From contig CAXHJY010000114.1 in NCBI GenBank assembly GCA_964016885.1, positions 118,073 through 182,072 of the forward strand: a stretch of DNA of 64,000 nt. Direction: 5' to 3'. This document shows positions 29,300 to 41,300 of this stretch, piece after piece (the stretch's first letter is position 1; each line of letters begins with the position of its first letter). Below the pieces are notes generated by a model, which worked only from the letters and a program-made list of their open reading frames with translations, searched no databases and was not told where the DNA came from. The translations under genes and the position numbers were made by a program. The stretch comes from Eledone cirrhosa (Eukaryota).

Positions 29300-29503
29300 A
29301 AACTATATATATGTGTTTATGTCTATATTGTATCTGTATTTTTCACCGTTGGTCAGTCAATGGCAACATTGAGGACCGAATAGATTAGATTACCAATATA
29401 AAAGACACAGAAGCGAAAAGCGAAAACCAACCAATCAGTGAGTGTGTTCTGTTATTAATTCTGGCAATATTACACAAATATGACCCTCCCCAAGTATAAC
29501 AAT

Positions 29504-29536
<33 letters not shown>

Positions 29537-29599
29537 CATACATACATATATATATATATGCATATATATATATATATATACATACATACATATATATTT

Positions 29600-29678
<79 letters not shown>

Positions 29679-29692
29679 TACATATATATATC

Positions 29693-29778
<86 letters not shown>

Positions 29779-29810
29779 CACACACGTATATATATATATA
29801 TATATATATA

Positions 29811-29985
29811 TTGTTATATTTTGGGAGGGTCATGTTGCCAATAAAAACACACGCACGTGTTGGTTTTCACTTCAATTTATTACAAGTTTCCGGCTGGTTG
29901 GTTGGTTCGATAACCGGAAGGTTGTTTATATATTGTCAAAGCTCTTTCGTCACGCATTCTGTGACCTCCTCAGTGACTAGGTTTT
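29811..29985 (-). mobile_element. pLTR of a related Penelope family, tail-to-tail with the Naiad element; HHR at 29935-29977
   Basis: Minus strand: GTCA-CTGAGGA-G-GTCAC agaatgc GTGAC-GAAA-GAGC-TT-TGAC. Ends ATGACCCTCCCAAAATATAACAA followed by (TA)n. Confidence 0.8.
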
Positions 29986-30096
29986 TATTTTTGTGCCTCT
30001 CGCAAAACAAATTCAAAAACGAATTACACACACACACACACACATATATATTGACGTATTGACCGTTCTGATTTTAGAATAAACTTTCTAATGCAT

Positions 30097-30291
<195 letters not shown>

Positions 30292-30650
30292 TGGGTGTGG
30301 TAGTTTGCTTGAGGACAATGTGTACAGTGTAGTAAATATTTTTATGACTGAAGCTACCATAATGTGATTTGAAGGGTAAATGCCAACCCATGATATAATT
30401 GATGCTGGGAAATTATCATAATAAGTTATTATATTTCGGAATAAAATCACTTCATCAAAAGATTAATATAAGAAACTATTTCGATGCTGTACATTTATTT
30501 GTATGCTCTTAAGCTGGTATTTTCTGAAATTTGATTGTGCTGATTGTTTATATTTCAACGCCGGAAGTGGTGAATTGATCACGTGATATTTGATTTTAAC
30601 TACGTTCTAATCATTTCTAAAATATTAGGTCATATAATGGTAATATCCTA

Positions 30651-30836
30651 TGGCCGTATCGGTAGAGGGTCGGACACAATGCTTTGACGCATAGAGCTAC
30701 GACCCTTCCCATTCTGAGTTCAAATCCCGCCGAGGTTAACTTTGCCTTTCATCCTTACGGGGTCTATAAAATAAAGTACCAGTAATGTACTGGGTAATTT
30801 GCTGACCTTGTGCCAAAAGTAGAAACAATTATTGTT
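30651..30836 (+). mobile_element. SINE family M
   Basis: A/B boxes, core and tail present. Confidence 0.85.
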
Positions 30837-30865
30837 ATCATATTTTGAACATCTACGGTCCACTT

Positions 30866-30908
<43 letters not shown>

Positions 30909-30965
30909 ACACAAACATATATGTACAAATATACTCACACACGCCCCTATATATATATATATATA

Positions 30966-31301
30966 TAGGAAAAAGTATGACCCCCGACGGCAGAGCTCAA
31001 GCCGTTTCGACGGCTATTTCTGGACAAGCTATTTCATATATATTTCATATACATACACAAACATCTATGTACATATATACTCACACACGCCCCTATATAT
31101 ATATATATAGGAAAAAGTATGACCCCGACGACAGAGCTCAAGCTATTTCGACGGCTATTTCAGTCCAGCAACAGCTGTCGAAACGGCTTGAGCTCTGCCG
31201 TCGGGGTCATACTTTTTCCTATTTCCCACACGTCTACCCTAAGTATTGAGTACTCTGGTGCGTTATGGTCCATCTGGTTCCTTACCACAATTTTCTTTGT
31301 T
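30966..31301 (+). mobile_element. 'GTC'-family pLTR with fold-back (31107-31222) and a locally duplicated inverted arm (30966-31025)
   Basis: Same sequence as 19970-20158 in the opposite orientation; (TA)n flanks. Confidence 0.72.
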
Positions 31302-31456
31302 ATATATATATATATATATATATATAGATAAATCTACCAAAAGTTTACGGTAATGTCCAATCCGTATGAAGAACTCAATGTAATCCGGATATCATGAAAA
31401 GAGAAGATGCATTCAAAATCTACTTTCGGTGAAAAATAAACGGAAACAGAGTCAAG

Positions 31457-31586
31457 ATAAAATATAAAAAAAATAATGAATAAACAAAGAAACAGTTCCT
31501 TATATTAGAAACGATCGTAAAATAATGAATTTTTCTAATATAAGGAACTGTTCCTTTGTTTATTCATTATTTTTTTAATATTTTAT
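31457..31586. repeat. ~55-bp inverted repeat with a ~20-nt spacer, in a ~260-bp insertion between (TA)n runs
   Basis: ataaaatat..gaataaacaaagaaacagttccttatattagaaa / tttctaatataaggaactgttcctttgtttattc..attttat. Confidence 0.8.
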
Positions 31587-31861
31587 ATATATATATATAA
31601 ATATGTTTGTGATAAAATATTTTATTAAGATTAATGTTTAATTTAAGGAATATTACGATGATGTGGTGGTTTTATTTGTTGAGAATAAAACTATCTTTCT
31701 CTATATAATTGATTTGTGTTTATTTGAAATAATCAAGGAAACTTGTATTCAAAAGAAAATAACTTTAACGGTATATCTATCTCTGTCGAATGAAATCAGG
31801 ATTTCGTTGCTGAGCTGAATGCTGCTCAAGCGAATCATGTTTTTTTTTTATTTAGACACAT

Positions 31862-32251
31862 TTTTGGAGGATGGGAAAGTCGATTAAAGCGACCTAGTAC
31901 GTGACTGTTACTTTATCTTATCGACCCCGTAAGGATGAAAGGCAAAGTTAACTTCGGCAGAGTTTGAAATCAGAACGTAAAGGGCTGTAACTAAATGCCA
32001 CAAAGCATGCTGTCCGAGACATGATAATAATAATAATAATTGTTTCAACTATAGGCACAAAGCTAGCAATTTTTGGGGGAGGGTGAAGTCATTTAAATCG
32101 AACCTAGTGCGTGACTGGTACTTTATTTTATCGATCTCGTAAGGATAATAGGCAAAGTTAAGGTAGGCAGGATTTAAACTCAAAACGTAAAGAGCCGTAA
32201 TTCTAAGCAGCGAAGCATGTTGTCCGACACTCTACCGATACTGCTAATCCA
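31862..32251 (-). mobile_element. Two tandem family-M SINEs separated by an (ATT)n tail
   Basis: Reverse complement of the core at ~31905-31970 and ~32040-32250; (TAA)n at 32024-32040. Confidence 0.75.
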
Positions 32252-34219
32252 CACTTATACTACTACTAATATATAAATATGGGGAATATATATGAAAAAA
32301 AGTTAAAATAGCCTTAGAATGGCGCCCGCAGTTTCAGTTTATCTTGTCGCAATTCAAGATTAAAATATTTTTTTCTGAAAAGACTTTGCTATGATCATCA
32401 TAGCAGCTGTTTCCGTGTTTGAGATTCCTACAATATTACTAAAATACATATATTTGAGCTGTTAGTATATTTGTAGCAATTTCGATACCTGTCCAAGTAA
32501 CTCTGATATAGTATGCATGCTTCTATAAATACTAAATATTGAGATAATGAAGTTATATTTCGTGTCTCAATACATATGAAAGACAAACGTGTTGATAGTA
32601 ATACCAGTATATCATTTTCGACACTTTGTTTGGGATTAACATCACATTGTGGAAATGTCCTTAGTGTGATACTTCACAAGAAGAAGAATTACTACTAGGC
32701 AGTCAAGCTTTCAACAAGAATGATGTTTACAAAATTTCTAATCGCTTTCATACCTCGGTATCTGTGTTAATAAGCAACTGCTGATGATGGATGATTACTA
32801 TCAAATACAAACACCCTTACACCAATACCGAAGGAGCTGAGAGTATAATCACAGTTATAATCACCCTATCACAGCGAGCTTATATGTAAATTTATTATAC
32901 ATAAACATATTGTATACGTGTCCATATACATCTTTATACTGAATCATAGTGTGTTAGTGCTATTGCTAATTAAAAATAAAACGGTGTAAAATACTGCTGT
33001 AGTTCTATTGAGGTGATTGGAGCCAGAGGTTTTAGCTCATCAGTGTATTATTTACAGTGAAAAAATAGCTACTATGCGATATTGCTATGTAATAATTTTG
33101 AGATGTAATATTGAGATGTAATAATTCTTACTTTATAATTCTAATTTTCTTATATTTTACATTTTTTTCGACATTTTAAAATGTTCATCCAATGGCTACT
33201 TGATTGTATTATATCTGGTTACTATACAAGATACATACACCGATCATTTCTACAGATATCTCCTACATTCGCCAGCAAGCAGTCAGTTCCATGTTATTGT
33301 TGCTGTCGTTCTTATCATTTGGCTAAAGCTGATCAATGAAAATGGAATGATTTTACTCACTGCGTTGTGGAGAGACGATAAAAATCTTGGAGTTCTGGTA
33401 ATCGAATTGAATTAAATTACCGCCAATAGAGAGCTTTGAACTACAGATCAAGAATTCTGGTCTCTTCATACCAAAGAAAAATCTCCAAATTAGTATACTT
33501 CTCTAAATATATTTTGCCGGCGTCCTCCTTTACAAGTTTGCTCGGATATCTGATGTAGTATTTTGAGGAAGGAAATACTAATGTAATTGTACAATAGAGA
33601 GTATTATGAAGTGGTTGGGGAACTAAAAATTCTAAATGTCTCTTTACATGACGTGTGAATTGTAAGCATGACGTGTGAATTGTAAGTATAAAATAGTTGT
33701 GAATAAATCAAGGATATCTGATTTATTACCTCTTGAGGCGAAAAAAGTGGATAAACGCTTAGGTAAAGGTGAGTTCGATTCCACAATTATGTATTTTTAC
33801 TGCCTCAAAGGGTTATATCCCCGATCTATTAATGACCTCCAAGTCATTATATTTTGTTAGATTTTGTATGTGTGTTTCTACTGCATCACTTGGTGCATCT
33901 CCATGTCTCTGAGTTGTGTGCAGCATTGTTTTCTTATCGGGACGACGGACGAGAGGGGAATAGAGACGCTTCATGTTAGTAGATCCGTCATGTTTTGCTA
34001 CTTGAAGTTTCTAATGTTATTTTAGTATTTCTTTCGTTGTGGGTTATGTAAGTTATTTTATTGGCTATTAATTTTGTAGAATCTGTGGTGTGTTGTACTA
34101 TGTTATTAGATAATTCTTTTATAGGGTATATTGTGTGTGTGGAAATTGTTTTACTTCAGTTATGCTATTAAATCGATAATATCTTACATGTGGGCTGTAA
34201 TACCATTATTATTATTATA

Positions 34220-34415
34220 GGATTGGCAGTGTCGGTAGAGGGTCTGACGCCATGCTTTGCAGCAAAGAGTTAGGGCCCTTTATGGTCTGAGTTCAAATCC
34301 CGCCGAGGTTCACTTTGCCTTTCATCCTTATGGGGTCGATAAAATAAAGTACCAGTAATACACTGGGTAATTGCTGGCCTTGTGCCAAAAGTAGAAACAA
34401 TTATTATTATTATTA
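34220..34415 (+). mobile_element. SINE family M, full length, flanked by (ATT)n; its tail starts the LINE cluster
   Basis: (ATT)n at 34205-34218 and 34400-34415; A/B boxes and core present. Confidence 0.9.
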
Positions 34416-37400
34416 GTCTGTTCGGACGTCTTTTTGCTCGCTCCCTGTAAGTCGCTTTATTTACCTGTTATAATTATTTGTGGTTTAATTTTTCTTGTTT
34501 TATAAGGAATATAAGCCCATGGTCTTTGCCATGTGAAGGGGAAAGTATAATATTTGGGCCTTTTGGCCCAAATATTTGAACAATATTTGAACATTTTACT
34601 TTTAAAAGATTAACAAAAAACATGGCTGAGGCACGCCCCCCAGCAATATGTCTGCTGTCGTGTGACAACGGCGTAAAAGTTGAGAGGAGGGTTACAAAAA
34701 TTGATACAACAAACACCACCACAAACAACATGAACAAAGACAACAATACTGAGAACACTAATTTTAAAAAACATTACCACACCAACTCCAACAATAACAG
34801 CGAAAACCAAAATACAGACGACAGAAAATAATGCCAACACTGAAAATATAAGTAATAGCAATGTCAATTATTTGGATTTGTCACATAGAAACATGGATTT
34901 CCCGCCATTACCAACGTCTACAGGTATTAAAGCCGCCACCCCCACCACCACAGCAACAACTGAAACAAAAAATAAATTATTTTCTCGTGATATCGAAATG
35001 GATTCTCCGTAAATCGACTCTTCCACGCCGAACGCCACCACTGGCACTACCACCACCACCACCACCACCACTGAAACTAAAAATAATAATAACAAAAATA
35101 ACAATAACAACAACAATAAGAATAACAACAACAACATCAACACTAGCGCAAAACCAAATGTGTCGTTTGCTAAAGCGGCAAACAAAAATGAAACGATTGA
35201 GGTTAGCCGGGAAGAATTGAATGGAGCCAAGCGAATGGTAGAACAATATGGTTACACGGTCAGCCTAACCCCACCAGCTAATACCATGAAGCATCGGCGC
35301 CTATGCAACGTGTCATATCGGACGATAAATATTAAAATGCACCGAGGGGAACGGGCATCCGAGTCCCAGATACAAAAAGCTTTGGGACATGTGTGGGCTC
35401 AAAAATATGGAACCGTGGACGTGTCCTTTGGAACCCCACAGGAAGCCAGAGAGCATTCCATGGCCCTATTAACAAGTGACGAGTTCACACTCGTCCCAAG
35501 CTATTGTGGTCAGAGGCTGGTGAGGAGCAGGGTGATCCAGGTTCCGCCGGCCATTGAAATTCCCTGGTTAATGGCTGCCGTCCTCGCCGACATAGTGGCC
35601 GACACTAAAGTAATTGAGGTGATAAAAGTAAAGCAGGAGAACTGGTCCGGACTGGGATGGAGCTCCTGATCCAAGCGGACCAAAAAAACATACAGGAAGT
35701 TCCGGAGGTGATAGACCTCAATGACGACAGCCACCTCACAGTAATCGTTGATGGTAGAAGGCCTAGGTGTGTGGTTTGTGGCGAAGGAACCCACCTAAAG
35801 GCTGTCTGCCCTCAGGCTAAAAAGTTGAGACCACCTCTCCTACCCACCCTAGTGACTCCACCATCTAAACCAGCAGCAGAAATGGCAGCAACAACTGTAG
35901 CAGCAACAACAGATGCAACTGTTACAGCAACAACCCCAACAACTGTAGCAGCAACAGTAGCAAAACCAACACCACCACCACCCACCGCGCCAGAATTAGC
36001 ACCAGCGCCTCCACCATCCACCACGCCAAAACCAAAACCAACACCCGTGGAGGATTTTCCACTCCCCGACCTGTCACAACCGGAGACAGGCTGTGACGAC
36101 GAGGAGGAGTGGGAAACTGTATCTGGAAAAAAGAAAAAAAAAAGAAACCAAAAAAAAAAAAATCCCCTTCCTTCCCCCTCCAAAAACAAAATGCAGGGCG
36201 AAACAAACAAACAAACAACAAAAAGTGAAGACAGCTATGTCACCACCCACACCAGCATCACCAGCCCCATCACCACAAACACCAACACCATCACCATCTT
36301 TAACCCCAACATCACCATCACCAACACCACAAAAATCACCAACAAGCGAAATAGAAACAAAACCCACAGCAAACGAAAAACAAAACAAAGCAACCAAAAC
36401 GATACACACTACACAGCATTAAATTTGAACACCCAATTACTACACTACATCCAACACAACACCAGCATCACAGAAAAAGACTATACAACACCCCAAAAAT
36501 TCACACCACCCCCACACATACAAATCACTTGCATCACACAGAAAACGTACACGACACTAAAATTAAAATTCCCCAAGGACATCGGGACATCGGAGACTTC
36601 CGACAAACACTCTCCAGGAAGATTTATATAGACATCCTTCCGGAGGGGGCCACAAACAGTGAGAAGGACGGAAACACCATCCTTCCCCCACAAGAAGTGA
36701 GGTAAGTGGGCTTGCCCAACTTTTTCCACTCCTTTTCAACATGACCGCGTGGTCTGGGGTCGTCATGGAAGCAGGGCAACCTGCTCAACGACCTCAGGTC
36801 TCTAAACATAGATGTGGTGGCCATCAACGAGACCAGCAACTCGGCACCTGGAGAGGCAAGTCCATGCCGTCCGACAGCGTCGTGGGGAGCTGGATGGAGC
36901 GACCGGTTAAATTGCTCGGGGTCTGGTTCGGTCCGGACCTCCAGATGGAGAAAAAGTGGAGCGAGGTGACGAGCAGGGTGGCCTCTCTCACCCAAAAATG
37001 GGCCGAGAGGAGGCTGTCTCTGAAAGGTCGGGCGGAGGTGGCGAATGGGTACATTGCGTCCGTCATCTGCTACCACCTGACCGTCGTATTTGCCCCCGCC
37101 CAACTCTGACCAAAATGGAGCATCTTCTCTTCCGCTTTTTGTGGAAGGGACGTTCTCCCATGGTCAGACGATCCATTTGCTGTCAACAACCGTTGCGTGG
37201 AGGACTAGGCATGCCGTGGCTGATGATGCGCAAACATGCGCTGAGGCTACGACTTCTCTGGTGCTTCCTTGACGCTGAACAGATGTGGTCGCCGTTTGCC
37301 AGACGCGCTTTTCTCCAGCTCGTCTCCTTGACAGAGCTGCAATATGGATCAGGAAAAGACCGAGGGATAGCGCTTGGAAGCTGGAATGTCTCCAAGCGCT

Positions 37401-38297
37401 CACGGCCCTCTACCAGCTGGGTACTAGTATCGGTGGAACATCCACCTCGGCGTTCTATAGAGGGCTAGTGGAGGGAAAGACAGACGACGTTCTTGGAGAG
37501 ACCCTGGGCGTCGAAGACGTTCAGCTATTCACTCTCTTCAAGAGAACTTTCAGACCGGGGCCTAAGGACATCTTCCAGAAATCCCTGGCCTGGCAGTGCT
37601 ACCGTGGAGCGTTGCCGGTTTGGGATAAACTCTACAGGCACGGAGGTGCAGTCAGCCGAGATGCGCGCAGGGTGACGAAACTGTCGTGCACGCACTCGTT
37701 CAGTGCCCGAGGATTGGTGACTTGTGGAGCTATGTCGAACAGCTGCTGTAGCATGTAGGACGGATCCGGTTATCGACTGAGTCCATTGTGCAGATAGCCC
37801 CGCCATCCTCCTTTAAAGAGGAGGAAGGGCAGGCAGTTTTCATCTGCCTGGTGGCCATGGCGAAAGAGATTGTGTGGTGGCCAACCCTGATTAACTTTTC
37901 CAAGTTTCACTTGAAGAGGAAAATCAGGGTGGAGAGGTAAGTGCTGTCTTCTAGTAAGCTTGTTGAAAGGTGGGTGAAAGTGGCGAGTGTGGTCCGAGTG
38001 AACGGGCCCGCTATGAGTATGCGCTGTAGACTGAGAAGTGGGAAAAGTGAGAGAAGGCGCTTGCCCTGGTGGTCAGGGTGACCGTGGCCTTTTTGTGTGG
38101 TATTTTGCCAAGAGTGACCCTCGGAGGTTTCCCCCTTTTTGGGGAATTTTTGTTGTTTGAATTTTTTTTAATTTCTAGCCCAATTTTGTTACAACCTGTT
38201 TACACGACCAAAACCTACTTTGTATCGTCCTGTACTCTTCTGTGCCGTCTCTCTAATGTTTTTCTTCGTGTCAGCCCTTGTGGCCAATAAAGAAACC
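34416..38297 (+). mobile_element. Tx1-B: retains the 5'UTR and a frameshifted ORF1 (34622-36705); ORF2 (ATG 36741) lacks ~2 kb of EN/RT
   Basis: VDGRRPRCVVCGEGTHLKAVC. ORF2 jumps at ~36835 from the early endonuclease to QLGTWRG. 3' end CCCTTGTGGCCAATAAAGAAACC followed by (ATT)n. Confidence 0.9.
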
Positions 38298-38311
38298 ATT
38301 ATTATTATTAT

Positions 38312-38375
38312 TAAAATAAAGTACCAGTAATGCACTGGGTAATTGCTGGCCTTGTGCAAAAAGTAGAAACAATTA
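38312..38375 (+). mobile_element. 3' fragment of SINE family M inserted in the Tx1-B (ATT)n tail
   Basis: taaaataaagtaccagtaatgcactgggtaattgctggccttgtgcaaaaagtagaaacaatta. Confidence 0.85.
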
Positions 38376-41300
38376 CAATCACAAGGCAAAGTAAAAAACA
38401 AGAGAAACAGCAGCAGCAGCAGCGACAGCGACAGTGTTAATGATATCAGCAGCAGCTGTCACTGGAACTGTAGTATCAGTAGTGAAAATTATAACGAAAA
38501 ATTTCCTGCGTTACAGAAATCAAACACCACTACCACCCCAATAACAACAATAACAGCAGCAACAACCACAAAGAACTGAAAAAACAACAACTATAACAGC
38601 AGCAACACAGAGGAAACAAACAAAAACACCGGCGACGGCAACAAAGACAAAACTAGTGACGTGTCAACACAAATCAAAACAAACACATCTTTCGCGAAAG
38701 CGACTAACAAGTTTGAGCAAATAAACATCACTAACGAAGAGATAAAACAAGCAAAGGTCTTGGTAAAAAAAAAACGAACACAGAGTAAGTCTCACCCGCC
38801 CAGCTGAGATAATAAGAAACAAACTTTTGTGTTCGGTCAGTTATCGCACGATCGGATCCAAATCGCGGCGAGTTGAACGGGCAACGGAGTTACAGATCCA
38901 AAGAGCTATGGGTGCCGTCTGGGCACAGAAAACATATATAGCCCGGGGATCAAGATATGGCACTGTGGATGTGCTCTTCGCTACACCAGAGGAAGCCGGA
39001 GCACACTCTATTGCACCACTCTGCAGCGACGAAATCACAATGATGCCCACATATTGCGGCCAGAGAGTCGTGAGGGTTCGAGTAGGTCAGGTTCCACCCT
39101 CAGTGGAGATGCCGTGGCTGACGGCAGCCGTCCTCGCTGACGTTGAAGATTCAACAACCATACTCAACGTCATACGAATAAGACAGGAAAATTGGACAGT
39201 GTCGGGGATGGAGCTAATCATCCAAGCAAACCACGAAAACGTTGATGCTATCCCCGATGTAATAGACATGGACGACGGCAGCCATCTACCCGGGACTGTC
39301 GAAGGTAGGCGCCCAAAGTGTCATGGATGCTGTGACAAGACGCACCTTAAGGCATTCTGCCCCAAAATTACCAAAACAGGCACGCGCTCACCCCTTCTCC
39401 CCACGCCGTGCCCCGCAACTGGAGCAGACAAACAATCAAAGAACACAGTGGCAGAAGAGAAATCACCATCCCCAACAACAAAAACACCATCTCTTCTACC
39501 ACCGACAAAACCAATGGGAAGCATACCCCTTCCTGATATAGCCAAATCGGACAAGGAGTGCGATGAGGCCGAAGAGTGGAGGACTATTCCAACAAAAAAA
39601 GATCTCGCCATACGGGCCATCTTCCTGGACCCAGAGGGTAAGCTGGTGGTGCTGGACGTGACCAGCGGAGACGGGCAAGCTTTCAGGCTAGTGGCCGTCT
39701 ATGCCCCAACAGGAGCAGGGCGGCCTGATTTCTTCCGGCGTCTGGAGACCTTTCTTGGAACGTCCCGCTCTTTAGTGTTAGTGGGCGACTGGAACGGGAT
39801 CTTAGACGCACACTGGGACTGTGTGGGATTCGCGGATAGGGGTGGAGGGTGCAAGAGTCTCACCAACCTGCTCAGGCGTTTTGAACTGTCTGACAGGTAC
39901 CGAATGGATTTCCCGAATGTGCCAATGTGGACTTGGACAAACCGCATAGGGTCACCCAGATCATATCTAGATAGAGTATTTTGTAGGGAAATAGATAGGT
40001 CTAGCATAGGCTGACCAAAATTCAAGATAGTCAGCTACACGGACCACAAATTCGTGATCTGTGTGCTTGACTTAGATAGGCTTCATAGACGAGGACCCGG
40101 CTACTGGAAGCTAAACGCGTCCTTACCAGCGTGCAAGGCCTACAGAGACCAGATTAGCGAACTAGTTAAGCGGGCGTTGACGGGGGCCATCGTCAACAAC
40201 AAGTGGTGGTTTGCTCTGAAAAGAGCGATTAGAATAGAATCCATTAGGTTTAGTAAGGCTTTAGCAATAGAGAAAAATAGAGCAGAGAACTAGTTAGAAA
40301 ATTAGACGAGGCGCTTAGCAGAGGCATTGCGACCGACGTGCTTGCGGCGAAATTGGCCCTTGACCAATTCTTCAATGCAAAGCACGAAGGCTGCGTTGTC
40401 AGAGCAAGAGTGCGTGCTCTCAGACACGAGGGAACGAAAGCCGTTCAATGGGCTCGAGTGGCGGAGGCGCGTCGTGGCAACAAAGCCACGATCCGGTCTT
40501 TGGTGGACCACGACGGGCGCATGCTACTCGATCCCGGGAAAATGCGTGAAGCTTTTCAGCGACACTTCGCTCAGCTGTTCGGGGGCAGCGGTGGGCCGGG
40601 TCGAGGGATGGACTTTAGTGTCTACCTCAACGGACTGCCGCGGCTCTCGGCCACTGAGGCGAAGTGTTGCGAACAGCCGATAACAGCCGCTGAAGTAAGG
40701 GAGGCAATGACTGGCTGCCCAAGGGGTAAATCGCCTGGTTAGGATGGTCTACCCTATGAACTTTACGTACAGATGCCAGACTTGTTCGGAGGCCTCTTGG
40801 CGGACGTCTACTGAAACTGGCAACAGAACGGGAGAATTCCCAGTTCTGTGAGCCGAGGAGCGGTGGCACTGCTGAGAAAGGATCCGAACAAGGGGGATAA
40901 CATAGATAATTTTAGGCTCATAACTCTGCTAAACACAGAGTTCAAGATTTTGGCCAAGGTGCTAGCAAAGAGGTTGGCGCTTGTCGTTGGTGGTCTAGTG
41001 GGAGAGGCACAGACATGCGCCATTCCCGACAGATCCATCCACGACAACCTCCCCTCATGCGATACATCGTAGAGAGGGTAGCTAGGGAACCTGGCAAGGG
41101 TGGGTCTTTGATCAATTTAGATCAATCGAAAGCCTTCGATAGGGTCGACCATCGTTACCTAGCGGCAGTCCTGAGGGCGGCTGGCTTTGGGCCCGTCTTC
41201 AGAGGCTGGATCGCTGCCATGCACAGCGACATCTGCTCTGTAGTGGGAGTGAACGGTCACATGTTGGAACCGTTCAACATCATGCGCTCGGTCCGCCAAG

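Noticed and set aside
33190-33560. Possible host exons with tiny GT-AG introns on the minus strand
   Set aside because: No convincing spliced ORF; the plus-strand DKNLGVLV looks more like a decayed CR1-type RT fragment, too weak to call.
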